This document shows positions 25,985 through 37,754 of a stretch of 64,000 bases of DNA, one piece after another (positions within the stretch are counted from its first letter, which is position 1; every line of letters begins with the position of its first letter). The position numbers were made by a program, and so were the translations under genes. Source of the DNA: Podarcis liolepis (Eukaryota); assembly GCA_965112155.1 (NCBI GenBank), contig OZ218098.1. The stretch is one strand, 5' to 3'. The notes under the pieces are model-generated. The model did no database searches, had not been told where the DNA came from, and saw only the letters and a list, made by a program, of their open reading frames with translations.

Positions 25985-26100
25985 ACATTTGGCATTCCAA
26001 TTGTTGCTGGACAGCAACTCCCATCATCATTGACCAGTGGCCATGCTAGCTGGGGCTGATGGGAGTTGTAATCCAACAAAAACTGGAGTTCACAAGTTCT
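25985..26100. mobile_element. Palindromic hAT-type MITE copy
   Basis: tgttgctggacagcaactcccatca..tggccatgctagctggggctgatgggagttgtaatccaacaa (self-complementary arms). Confidence 0.75.
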
Positions 26101-26115
26101 TCATTCATAAGGTAG

Positions 26116-26331
26116 AGATAGGTAGCCGTGTTGGTCTGCCATAGTCAAAATTAAAAAAATCCTTCCAGTAGCACCTTAAAGACCAACTAAGTTAGTTCTT
26201 GGTATGAGCTTTCGTGTGCATGCGCACTTCTGAAGTATATCTGAAGAAGTGTGCATGCACACGAAAGCTCATACCAAGAACTAACTTAGTTGGTCTTTAA
26301 GGTGCTACTGGAAGGATTTTTTTTAATTTTT
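26116..26331. mobile_element. Penelope-like element: inverted pair of pseudo-LTR fragments with 13-bp TSD
   Basis: 26147-26231 is the near-perfect reverse complement of about 26245-26330; flanked by attcataaggtag at 26103-26115 and 26332-26344; same sequence as 37178-37280. Confidence 0.93.
26238..26273 (+). ncRNA. Minimal type I hammerhead ribozyme motif (Penelope-associated)
   Basis: tat CTGAAGA a gtgtg-catg-cacac GAAA gc TC^ata; CUGANGA and GAAA..UH cores; predicted cleavage after 26270. Confidence 0.8.
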
Positions 26332-26479
26332 ATTCATAAGGTAGTCACAGACAAAACAGCTCTGAAATATATTCAGAGTCGAGAGTGGATTTCATGCTCT
26401 TTATTTATTCAGCTCATAGTGGTGAGGAAGAATGGAAGTTCCCCCAGAATGTCTGCTTTATATGGTACATTATTTACAC

Positions 26480-26630
26480 AATGAGCCCCATGTGATTGGC
26501 TAATTCCGGGATTCTCCTGCAGGCCAATCAAGTTGCAGATTCACATACACCTGGAGCTGGATTGGGTGGCTCCTGTGGACCAATCAGACTGCTGCATTTT
26601 GGATCCTATTCAGCTCAGCACATAACAAGC
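26480..26630. mobile_element. Possible LTR fragment (CCAAT-rich)
   Basis: Four CCAAT/ATTGG boxes (gattggct, ggccaatca, gattggg, gaccaatca) in 110 bp; no clear termini. Confidence 0.3.
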
Positions 26631-28087
26631 TCATTTCCATTTGACTAAAAGCTGCACAACAGAAGCCAGTTAAAGCAATGCAAAACAGAACTAACAATCC
26701 TGAAAGACACTAATCCTTGCTGTAGATCAGTTGTGGTTCCTTCCTTGAGCACTTTCTATAACGTTTTTCACTTTAAAGATCACCCTTCAATACCAGCTTT
26801 CAGAGTGCAGTTAAGTGATGCTATTTAGGCTTCATAATGTCATTCTAAACTTGGATGTGATTAGAATTGCTATGTCAATTATACAGTATTGTTTGTTGCT
26901 CATTCTTTATTCATTCATGTAGCCATTCAATCATTGGAAGCACTGTGCTATGTACCTCTCCTCTTGAGGTGTAAAAATAATTTATCTCCTGGAGTTCAGA
27001 GTGTTTATCCACCAAAATGAGGGAGAGAGAAAAGGCATGGTTGGTTGCCAATCAAGTCAGTATGGGAAAACAGGCCCTACACAACTTGACTAAGTTCCAA
27101 CACTAATATTGCAGTCAAACCATGCCCGTTTGCAATTATTCCTCTTTTCATCATCAGCATGAAAAAATATCATGAAAGTGTTAGATCCTTGCAGTTTGAA
27201 ATAAAGTAAGCCTGGATCTGCATTCCATATGTGCCATAATAAAATGCAAATAAGAACTAGGGAAAATTTTATGAGCGGTAATTTGTGGCATAGTTTTCAA
27301 ATCTACCTGGAGTAAAATGTTCTGCTGTCAAAGCCAAATTAATATTTTAGTTGTTGCCCTGGGAATGCCTTTTATATGGCTTTATAAGCTCCTTTTAAAA
27401 ACTGTGCATTGCATGGGATTCATCTTCACCAGCAAAGGAAAAAGCTCGCTAATGAGGTTAGGTCAACAGAGTGACTGATCTGAAGGCACCTGGAACAAAA
27501 ACGGAATGAGCCAGGCTTGGTGTGGCTTTCACTAATAAATGGCCTGTGCTCTTCTAACCACAGTGACTCCTATTAGGAAATATATTTCTATGGCTCTCTG
27601 TGTGGGCTCTAGGAAGAAATTGATGCTGAACCAGCATGGTCCTCTGCCCTGAAGCTCATCTCTAGCCAGGTTGAAAGAAAAGGGCAGCCAACAGTACGGT
27701 GGCCATTGTCCCTTCTCCCAGGGACGGGATATTGTGCAATTGTCATGAGGAAAAGATTTGCCAAGTATGCTGCAAAAGCTAAAATGGTTTTATTTCACTA
27801 AAGCACAAAAAGCTGTGGCAATACAAACAATGTATCGGGTCCATGCCCTAGAAACAATATTTTAGGGCTCTAAAAGGCTTTTGGATAATATGTGGAAGTT
27901 AAAGACATAGATGGAGAAGATAAAGGAACAACAAGACAAGCAGAAGTGCAAATATCAAAATATGCATCTGCAAGTACAGTGCAAGTTTCCAGCAGAGGAC
28001 TTGGGGCTGCATTCTGATGTGCAGTTTATTGCATTAGTTGCACTGGTTATAATGCTAGCATTTGTCCCATTTCTAACATTCCTTGTA

Positions 28088-28147
<60 letters not shown>
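28088..28147. repeat. (AAT)20 microsatellite at an L2 tail
   Basis: Read directly; gives the poly-N run in ORF 27911..28195. Confidence 0.97.
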
Positions 28148-28148
<1 letters not shown>

Positions 28149-28286
28149 TTTATACCCCACCCAGCCACTCTGGGTGGCTTCCAACCGAATATTAAAAACA
28201 ATACAGCATCAAACATTAAAAACCTCCCTAAACATGGCCGCCTTCAGTTGGGTTTTAAAAGTAAAATAGTTGCTTATTGCCTTGAC
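28148..28286 (-). mobile_element. L2 LINE 3' end fragment
   Basis: tttataccccacccagccactctgggtggcttcca..aaacattaaaaacctccctaaaca.. matches 57440-57600. Confidence 0.85.
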
Positions 28287-31200
28287 AGTACCTGTTGTGT
28301 TACAAAACTGTGGGTTTTTTATCGAAATACCTCCATGTCATGCTAGATTTTAAATGCCGACAAAGAAATGTATGCCAGGATACCGCCTTAATTTTCAACA
28401 CATGAGTGGTGATGGTGTTAAGATGAAAACTGCAGGGAAATTACAATGCAAAAATCTCACAATTTCCTGAGCAAATTGATTTTTATCTGGAAACAATTAA
28501 CATGGCAATGAGCACTAAACTTCTGTTAGATTCCACTAGATTTCCAGAAGTGCCTTTTCTATCATGTGAAAGGAGGGCCCTTGATGTTGCCAGCAACAGT
28601 GAGTACCTGGACAGCATATACACAAGTCACTTGATCAGAGTCTCCCCCACTATGGCAAGATTTATTGTATTTCTGCTTCAAATTACACTAATTATTCCTA
28701 AATTTGCATCTATATATACACATTTGAATAATATATAAACTTGCATCTTCTTTTGTCCCTTTTTTGATGACACATTTCCTCATTTTTTCATGGTGTGTCC
28801 ACCCTAGTTCTGGAAGAAAGTTCCAGGAGCCAAAAAGCAGTTTTATTCATGTCAAAAGTTCCAAGGTGCATGGGCATGGCCCTTGCAACTCATCTGAATG
28901 CTTGTTACTGGCAGGGGAGACACTTGCAAGAGAGGAATGTCAAAATAGATTCACACACAAGGCTCTGTACATGAGTCATGAGAAGAAACTATGCTGCAGT
29001 GGCCTTAATTGGTGCCCAGACTCTAAAATGGTAACACCTTCAATAAGGAAGGACATGGAATCTCATCTACGCTCTCCTTTTGCTCTCTTTCCATTTTTTA
29101 TTAATTTTTGACATTTATATGCTATGCTTCGATGTCCAGTTGACTGGATTGGAATCATTGAGACATCATGCCTCCAGTTCCCAACTCAGGCAGCCTATCC
29201 AAAGGGAGATCCTGGGTGATGGGACTGTTAATACCACTGAACCATCTGGCAGAATAAATACAGTCACACTCCCCTTGTTCCTTTCCCAGTATGAGTCACC
29301 AAGGCATCAGTTATTCTAGAGTCCCGCCTGCCATGTAGAAGATCCTTGAATAAGCTGATGGCTTCTCTTCTGTATCAGTCAACTATCTGAACAAGCCTCT
29401 CCTTTTCCTCTCTCTTTTTCGCTATCACTTATTCTGGGGTACCATCTACCACATCAATGACACGGCATGAAAGAATACAAAATGAAGGATGTTATCCCAC
29501 TGCTACAAGAAGGTAGCAGAATCCTTGCATTATGTTTGAGATAAGCAGTGTGTTGTGCTGCTCTATTAGCTATAAGTTTGTGTTTTATAAGGTGCATCCC
29601 AAACCAGATCCAGAAGCTGGAGGGGGAAGACAGGAGAAACAGAGCAAAATAGGCAGAAAGAAATAGGCTGAAGATGTGACTGGATGTCATGAATAAAGAT
29701 GTCCTGAAGAATCACGAAAATCTATTTTTCATTGCTAAAGGGGTAGATACAAAACAGTAGGCACGTTTCTTCCCAAATGAAAACAGATGCTCATTGGGGA
29801 TATGTTAAATTTATCGAGACTGAGCAGCTGTTTTGTAAAATTTAGGCTACCAAGTTTTGAGACTAGTAATGGCATAATATCAGAAGCTGCAGTTCTCAGC
29901 ACCATACACTAAACTACTGTTTTGATCTGGTTTAACTAAAAATGTTTGTTTGCCTTATGACTTTTGATCTGTTGAGTAAAATATATATATAACTTGGACG
30001 ATTTCCAAATGAGGTTTAGCCACACCATTGCCCTCTTCAGGCATTCAGAAATAATGCAAGAGGCTCAAACTGGGGAGGGGAGAAGGTGCCCAACGCACCT
30101 TGTTCAGTCTCAGCAAGAACTATCCTGCACTGATGCAGGAAGGTGCTTAGAAGCCTGTGACTGAGAGCCCTTTCAGACTTTCCTGCGCTACTCAGCAAGG
30201 TTATATGTGGTGTGTGTGTGCAGATAGTGTGACTTGTTGAATTAATGATCAAACTGTGCACTTGGGGACAGGGGAAATAATTCAGTGGCCTCTTTTAACC
30301 CAAGGCTTTCTGGCCAAGTTTCTGACAGGCGATCTCTTCTGCATCCCTATCAGGCATTTGCACATCTTTCCGTTCACTGACATTGATGGTTGAGAATGGC
30401 AGGGAACAGTCACAGTTATATAAGGCAGCTCCAAGCTTTTGTCTTCTTAGCAAGTATATTCACACTGAGTTTGTGGAGGCGGACTAGTTAAGAAGGATGT
30501 AGATCATGAAGGGGGAAATGGCACATGCTGAAACCCATTCAGTGTCTGGCAGTGCCTTCATTCCAGGGCTGTGGGGACAAACTACAATATCCTCTGTTAC
30601 TTGCACAGAAAACAACCTCCCATGTTTTAAATGTAGTCCCTTCCCAAGCTGTACATACTTTGATTCTTCTACATGTGGAGTTCAAAGGAGCCATTTTGAA
30701 CCATATTTCTGCCTATGTGAGAAAAACGAAACACAACTGAGGGAAATCGCTTGCATACAGGGGATGTTGGCGAAGCTGTTGTGTCTGTCCAGCTGTTACT
30801 TCACTGTAGATGCTCCCCTGAACAGATTGAAAATGAAAGTTGCCTTAATTATACTGGCAGGCAGCATTGCAAATTGAATTGGAAGTTGAAAAACAAAAGT
30901 TGTGTGTAGTTCATTCTATTAGTGGTAAAGAAAGTATTTTCTGATTTAGAATTATCTAAAAGGGAATGTGTATTTTAAGCTATGTGACAGTTTGAGAGAG
31001 GGAGTGATATTGCTGCAACAGGCTTCTCTCCTGACCTGTGCACAACAACTGCACATTTATTATAATGTCTGTAAAGAAGTGGTGAAGTTGCCGATTTCAC
31101 AGTGAGAGAGCCCTCAGCACAGAACTGTAAATCCAAGGGTTCTCCATATATTCTAATGAACCCATGTAGGGTGGGGAACAGTGTAAAACACTGCTTCTTT

Positions 31201-31489
31201 TTCACACATACTCATTTAGGTCTAGATTAAAGTCTCAAAATGGCTTTTCATTTCATACCTTTCATTTATTACAAGGTATGCGAAATCACAGTATTCCAAC
31301 CTCTTCACTTATTCATTAACTTCAGATTATATGTAATAGTGTGGGGTTCTATTGTGCTGTTTCACAGATCATTAATAAATCATACCTGAACTTTCATGCT
31401 TGGTTGTGATTTTCTTAAACTTCATGGGGGGTGGGGAAGCTTTCAGCTGAAAGCAGCTGTAGCAGAGTCGGTGCCAAGCCTTCAAGACT

Positions 31490-31738
31490 ATAAGAACATA
31501 AAGAAGAGCTTCTACTGGATCAGGCCAATGGCCCATCTGGTCCAGCATCCTGTTGCCACATTAGCCAACCAGATGCCTATGGGTAACCTGAAACCAGGAT
31601 CCAAGCACAGGAACCCTCTCCCATACTGTGACTTCCAGCAATTGGTTTTCAGAAACATTACTGCCTCCAAATGTGGAGGTAGAGCATAGCTATCGTGGCT
31701 AGCAGCCATGTATAGCCTTACCCTCCATGAATTTGTCT
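31490..31738 (-). mobile_element. CR1 LINE 3' end
   Basis: ataagaacataaagaagagc..tggatcaggccaatggcccatctggtccagcatcctgtt.. is the reverse complement of the canonical CR1 3' UTR. Confidence 0.88.
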
Positions 31739-32879
31739 GGTCCAGATTACTTATGTTGTAAATGTAAAAATGAGACTTAAGTAAGTTGAAATAGGGATCA
31801 CATTTGGATTCTTCTCCCCCTTTAAACTGAGTTTCCCTTTTCATGTAATGGATATACTTAAATACATAGCTGTGTCCAATACCTCAAAATAAATTCACAT
31901 CAGTTTTCAGTAATATTATGATGACACCATTTCAAAATCACCCACATTGTCTGGCTTTATATATAAGAAAGACGCACATTCATTTAGGTGGCATCTTTGC
32001 AAAGCAGGAAGCCTGAGAGGGACTTCAGCTCGAGCCTTTGAAGACCCACAGATGAGAAATGTAATCAAAGATAAAATTAGTCAGTTGTCCTATAAAATCT
32101 TTCAAGACCTTGATGCTTAATACATTTTCAACAAATGTATGCAGTGCTTTCTAATACTCCTGAATTAAAATGATAAATTATTTACCAAGCTTACCAACTA
32201 GTCAATAAAAGATGCAATTAAAGTGCAGAGTCTTTGTAATTCAGACTACTGTTATCTGCTTTGGGAAACTTGAAAACACTAGCCTATGTGAATTCATGCA
32301 GAGCTTTTCCACTTCCAGTTTCTGTCAAACTCTTTCAGCAAACACTACTGCCACCTCCTGATGATCTGCTGTATATATGTGTGAGTGTATGTGTGTGTGA
32401 GAGAGATATATATAATGTTGGAAAGAATCTGAATTTTAGAAAATAAGGAACAGAAATGCATATGGTATGACCTCTGAAAGGGTTGAGTTCAGTGAGACTT
32501 ATGCTGTGTACACGCTTGTGTTTACTCTCCATCCAATGTGCTCACACTGCTAGTTTCTGTAGTGTACACACAATGTTAGCCACAATCTATATCTGTCCTG
32601 TATCTGTCCTATTGTTTCTTATGAAATGCTGCATTTTCATGCATTTCCCCCCAAACCAGCTTTGATCCAAACTGAGGAAAAGAACAACCTAATTGCATTT
32701 TTAAGCTGCTAATGTGTACACAGTCTTACTTGCTTAGTTTGTTTAGGATTGGAGCCTAAACCTCCACACTACTGTTTACTATCATATACATTTTGTTTAG
32801 CCAATGGAGTTTAGAATACCAGTTTTTAGCATGGACCTTTCCCTTAATGGCTGCTCCAAGCATCCTCTACATTGATGCT

Positions 32880-33310
32880 TAAAATTATCTGCAGTGTTGT
32901 ACCCAGACCCTGCACTTGTCATCTGAGGCCCTTCTCTATGTCCTCTATACCAGAGAGGTTTGGAGGGTGGCAACAAGAGAAGGGCCTTTTCCATGGTGGT
33001 TTCCCAATTGTGGAATGGTCTCCCCAGAGAGCCTTGCCTGGCACCATCATGGCAGGCATAAACATTCCCTTCTACCCAGGCCTATGGCTATTAAACAGTC
33101 TATGGCCTGTGAAAGTGTAGGGAAGTGAATTGTTATTATAATGATTATTTTTAGTATTAGGCTCTCTGTCACTATGTTTTTATTATGTTTTTATCACTGA
33201 TGTTCTGTAATGTGTTTTTAATGTTGTACACCACCCTGGGATCTTCTGATAAAAGGGTGGTAGTGATGATAATAATAATTGAGTATAATAATATACTAAT
33301 AATAATAATC
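32880..33310 (+). mobile_element. Decayed L2 LINE 3' fragment
   Basis: ..tcatctgaggcccttctc..gggtggcaacaagagaagggccttttcc..tgtggaatg.. then T-rich UTR, caccaccctgggatcttctgataaaagggtgg and AAT tail; resembles the reverse complement of 57440-57730. Confidence 0.7.
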
Positions 33311-33469
33311 GACAGCATCATCTGATATATTTGGGAAACTACATCTTTAAAGCTTTTGCTATTGCATCTTGCATTGCATCAATAAATCTTATGACTCCAG
33401 ATTAAACATAACTAGGTTGTAAGAAGGCATTATGTGCACTTTTTAATGTTCACCTTGGTATGATCACTA

Positions 33470-33836
33470 AGTAAAGATGGACAGATCAGTCTATTTCTAG
33501 TCTGTTCTCCCTAGTCCATTACATCCCATTTCTGAACCACTCTTTTTTTAAAAAAAATGCACAAAATTCAGCATTTTTTAATATGTACCTATGTCAAAAA
33601 CACATATTTTTGAATGCATTTTATTTTACAATATGCATTTGTATACACATTTGAACCTAAAATATGCATTATATACATATACATTTTGGTATGGTTTTTA
33701 GAACCAAAAACTGTACTGTAGAATTTGGAGAAATGTGGAAGCTGCAGAATAGTTCCATTCTGATCCCTCTTTTAGTTCCAAAAGTACGTATCAAGGCAGT
33801 TCACTTAAACTGAATGTAATCCTCAGACATCCCTAG
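33470..33836. mobile_element. Decayed AT-rich non-autonomous DNA transposon (hAT-like, ..catcccta end)
   Basis: Ends in gacatcccta; internal atgcat/tttt repeats similar to 58598-58960. Confidence 0.45.
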
Positions 33837-34462
33837 CAGTAACCCCCTTTTGTAATTATTAAGAAGGCTGCAATCCAATATACACTTCCCTGGGAGTAAG
33901 TCCAATCGAAAAACTGGTCTCCTAAAAGAGCAAGGAATGAATTAGACTTCTTGTTTCACAACCCCCAACAAATCTATGCTTCTCTAAAAAGCAATTTCCC
34001 AAGAAGTAGCAGCATTAGCAGATTTGAAAGAATATGCATCTTTAAGTGGAAAGCAGGAAAGGTTGCTATATGAAGCACTCACCATATTTTACAGCTTCTT
34101 TTGCTGCAAAACACCTTTTAATTACTACAGAAGATTTTGGCATAGATAGCTATTTCAGTGGTGGCTGATATATCTACTAAATGGCATTTTTCTATTAATG
34201 CAGTTGTAGTTGCTGTATTAGTAGCAGAGCTTTCACCTTCCTCCAGGAAGAAGAATTGTGATCTCATTCAAGGCTAACATGAGGAGGAGAAGTGGAAAGT
34301 CAGGATATAATTTATTAAATTTATACACCGTCCTTCATCAAAAGACTGCAGGGCAATTCCACAGAATACATATAAAAAGTGATAATGATGAAGTTGATGT
34401 TGTATATGTGAATGAATTGTGTAGGCTTTATTTCAACCTTGGAGATATTTAACCGATACAGA

Positions 34463-34797
34463 CAAGGGTGCCATCTTGGCCTCAGGATTGTGGGTGCCCA
34501 TGTCACATGCACATGTCTGAGTGTTACGTCGCATGTATGCATTGCAGGGGCCAGCAGCAACAACTCCTCTTACTCCTCCTCTCCACAGCCAGTGAGGCTC
34601 CCTTTTCCACAGGGGGGATTGAACTCTGCCTCCACGTCCGAGCCTCACCCCTAGAATAGGGTGCCTTGCTGGCTAGCTGCAGAGGGCAGATCTGAACCAC
34701 TTCTCTCTTGAAGGCAGCGCTGCTGCCACCTGCCAGCTTTTTTCATTTACTTTGTGGGTGCCCAAGCACCTACAGCCCCCTGGAGTTTGCTCCTATG
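34463..34797. mobile_element. hAT-superfamily MITE with 8-bp TSD
   Basis: Flanked by gatacaga (34455-34462 and 34798-34805); degenerate TIRs caagggtgccatct / ggagtttgctcctatg; repeated ttgtgggtgccca subterminal motif. Confidence 0.85.
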
Positions 34798-35984
34798 GAT
34801 ACAGATGTAAAGAAAATATTCTGGAAGATACAGAGGGAGAGAGATAGAAAAAACCTCAATGCTATACAACTCCAGTAATTAAAAATTTGTTCTGTTTTCA
34901 GTAAAAAATAATGATTTTTTAATGCCTTTCCAAATGGGCGATTTTTAAGTATTCCCTCATGGTATATCAGTTTGCTGCTACCACAGATAATGCATATTGA
35001 CTTAAGAGAGAGGATGCTCTACATTTTTATGAGGCTTCAGCTCCCCAGTGCAATTATGGACCTTGAAGCAAATTCTCTTTGGAATTAGAGCAGAGACACC
35101 CTGTTAGGAACAGAGCAGGATAAAAGAAGCAGGTTCAAAGACCCCTTTCATACTGCCATTGCCTGGTGTCATGTTATATTCCAGCAATGGCTGTGTTACA
35201 GTATGTGAAAGGACAATGAGAACCTTTAGTTGTTCTTCTTATAACTTAATTAGAATTCTGTGCAGTGATGACTTTGAAATGGGATGTTTACCCTCCCAAG
35301 ATGTTGACAGGATAATCTCTCTTGAGGCAGGAGTAATTATTTCGCTAAGAGCCCACAGAAGTGTGAGGTTCAAAAATATGATATGGTATGGGTAAAAATA
35401 ATAATAATGGGTTTGCACTGTATGATGAGTCCGTACATGGCTCAATTATCCATCAGTCCATCCTGCCAACTACATATGGTGGAGATGTTTTTCTTTAACA
35501 CAAAAATGTTCAATGAGTGTAATGAAGAAGCTAAGAGGTCTGGTTCTTCGGCAGATTGTTAGCGTTAGATTTCATATTGAAATAAGGGCTGTAAAACATC
35601 CCAAGAACTAGTACAGCACAGCCCAAGCGTTCAAGATTTCCTGAACAGTAGATGTGGCACTCTGTATTCTGTATTTGCATTGAAGCCCCACCCCTTGCAA
35701 AGCAACCAGGGTCATGGGGTACAGGCTATTTGGACCACACTTGAGTGATTTCTTTTATTGTAAAAAATGTTACAGCTGTTCACACCATGTAACTAAGAGT
35801 GGCATATGAGGCCTTTCTTCGTGTTCCTTTATTATCTGGTGATTGGGATAAGGTACATGGCCTTCTCATTGGGGGCAGCACCCATCACTGTGAAACTCCC
35901 TCTGAAGAAATGTCCATGAGGGTAACCCTTTCCCTCCTACATGTTATAACTTTTAAACACTCCAGTAGTAATCACCATAATAAT

Positions 35985-36185
35985 TATTTTATTATTTGTA
36001 TGTCACCCATAGGCAGCTCCCAACAGAATATTTAAAACATGATAAAGCATCAAACAATAAACATGGCTGCCTCCAGATGTCTTCTAAAAGTCAGATAGTT
36101 GTTTATAAAAGTCAGTTAGTTGTTTATTTCCTTGACATCTGATGGGAGGGTGTTACACAGGGCGGGTGCAACTACCGAGTAGGCA
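35985..36185 (-). mobile_element. L2 LINE 3' fragment
   Basis: ggctgcctccagatgtcttctaaaagtc..gacatctgatgggagggtgttacacagggcgggtgc matches 57550-57640; contains a 21-bp tandem duplication. Confidence 0.8.
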
Positions 36186-36481
36186 TTGAGAGCAGGCCTG
36201 GCATCCTAGGAAGCTGCCAAGATCCCAGCATCATAGTAGCATGCAAGTTTGACTCCTACCCTGCTTCTCCCAAAAAGGAAACTGGTTCTGAGAGCTGCCA
36301 TTTTAATTTTCCACCATGCCTCTCAATCTCTTTGAGTATTGTGGAATATCAAAATGACCACTTTAGACGCCCAGGCCCTCCTGAAGCTGGTAGCCAGCTC
36401 TGTTGATGAGCATGACCTGGTATATCTTAATATGCCAGTTACAGAATATCTGGAAGCAGATGTCATTTTATTGCTGCTTTA

Positions 36482-36670
36482 GACTGCATACACTCCATAA
36501 AATTAAAGCACATTTAAAGCAAACCCACCCAAGAATCTTGGGAACTGCAGCTTGCTATAGGTGCTGCAAACTGTAGCACCAGGAGGAGTAAACTATGCTT
36601 CCCAGGGTTGTTGTTTTTTTTGAGGGGTGTGCTATAAAATGTGCTTTGAGTGAATGGTATGTATGTAGTC
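36482..36670. mobile_element. PIF/Harbinger-type MITE
   Basis: TIRs gactgcatacac / atgtatgtagtc with TTA on both flanks (36479-81, 36671-73); internal tcttgggaactgcag..cccaggg arms. Confidence 0.8.
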
Positions 36671-36774
36671 TTATGTTGTTGGTGGTAGTTTTGATGACTT
36701 TAGTTTTTGTGATGTATTCTGCTCCTGTCACTTTACGTGTGATATGGCCATTTGTGGTGGGTGCTTTAGATGAG

Positions 36775-36843
36775 TTTCCTGCAATGCAAGGGGTTGGACT
36801 AGATGACCCCTGGGGGTACCAACTCTACAATTCTATGATTCTA
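36775..36843 (+). mobile_element. CR1-type 3' tail (CR1 or CR1-tailed SINE)
   Basis: ttcctgcaatgcaaggggttggactagatgacc..caactctacaattctatgattcta. Confidence 0.8.
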
Positions 36844-37242
36844 CAGTGCAAGAAGCTTCCCAGAGGGTGCTGTGTAGCCAAATGGAAGGATATGAATTGC
36901 AAAGCAGAATAAAAGCAGGCTTGTATCTGACTGATTAACACTTGGAGGAGACCCAGGCTGGATCTAGACACATCAAAAAAGTATTTCAGAAAAACGTGTT
37001 GTAAACTTTATTATGTCCCCACTGGAAAGTTAGTTAAATTAACTTAGTTGGTTAATTTAATCAGATTAGAAAGAGACATTCTTGAGGATCCTTTGTTTTT
37101 GGCATTGCCTGCAGACGGTGAAAACTGTCCTTAGTTTTGAAAGCAGGGCAAAAGGGAGCTCACCTACTCCTACTTTGAATCAAAATAAAATAAAAAAATT
37201 CCTTCCAGTAGCACCTTAAGAGACCAACTAAGTTAGTTATTG

Positions 37243-37280
37243 GTATGAGCTTTCGTGTGCATGCACACTTCTTCAGATAC
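37243..37280 (-). ncRNA. Minimal type I hammerhead ribozyme motif
   Basis: Minus: gtat CTGAAGA a gtgtg-catg-cacac GAAA gc TC^atac; stem I gtat/atac; predicted cleavage between 37247 and 37246. Confidence 0.85.
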
Positions 37281-37303
37281 ACTGAAACAGAAGTCACCAG
37301 ACC

Positions 37304-37314
37304 CTTATATATAG
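37304..37314 (-). promoter_or_regulatory. TATA box of the Penelope pLTR
   Basis: Minus CTATATATAAG about 30 nt upstream of the ribozyme; ACCAAT about 100 nt further upstream (37416-37411). Confidence 0.5.
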
Positions 37315-37460
37315 TGAGAGGGTGGGGAGGCGTATTACTCAGAAGGGTGGTGGGAATGGGTGATTGCCTGATAGGTGTGGTAAACCTGTTGATGACTGTT
37401 AACAACTGCAATTGGTCTTACAGGAAAAAGCAAGGGGTGAGATGGCTAAAAATAGCTTTA

Positions 37461-37754
37461 TCATGTATAATGAGATAAGAATCCAATGTCTCTATTCAGA
37501 CCAGGTCTCTCCATGGTTTTAAGTTTGGTAATAAGTTGCAATTCAGCAACTTCTCTTTCCAGTCTATTTCTGAAATTCTTTTGTAATAAGACAGCTACTT
37601 TGATATCTTGTATAGAATGTCCTGGGAGACTGAAGTGTTCTCCTACTGGTTTCTCTGTCTTGTGATTCCTGATATCAGATTTATGTCCATTTACCCTCTG
37701 GCGTAGCGTTTGGCCTGTTTGTCCAATATAGAGAGCTGAAGGGCACTGTTGGCA
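37461..37754 (-). pseudogene. Penelope GIY-YIG endonuclease domain, C-terminal 97 aa (truncated, no start codon)
   Basis: CQQCPSALYIGQTGQTLRQRVNGHKSDIRNHKTEKPVGEHFSLPGHSIQDIKVAVLLQKNFRNRLEREVAELQLITKLKTMERPGLNRDIGFLSHYT*: CxxC, YIG, conserved R, H..H, E and GLN motifs; no internal stop. Confidence 0.93.

Larger units (their letters stand above)
37178..37754 (-). mobile_element. 5'-truncated Penelope-like retroelement (EN+, Neptune-like)
   Basis: GIY-YIG C-terminal frame, 3' pLTR with TATA box and hammerhead; tactttg direct repeat at 37171-37177 and 37755-37761. Confidence 0.95.

Noticed and set aside
26201-26236. Fourth hammerhead on the minus arm of the inverted pair
   Set aside because: The CUGAAGA core and stem I are lost at the inversion junction
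27911-28195. ORF with hydrophobic segment and poly-Asn
   Set aside because: Poly-N is the (AAT)20 microsatellite and the C-terminus is an L2 tail
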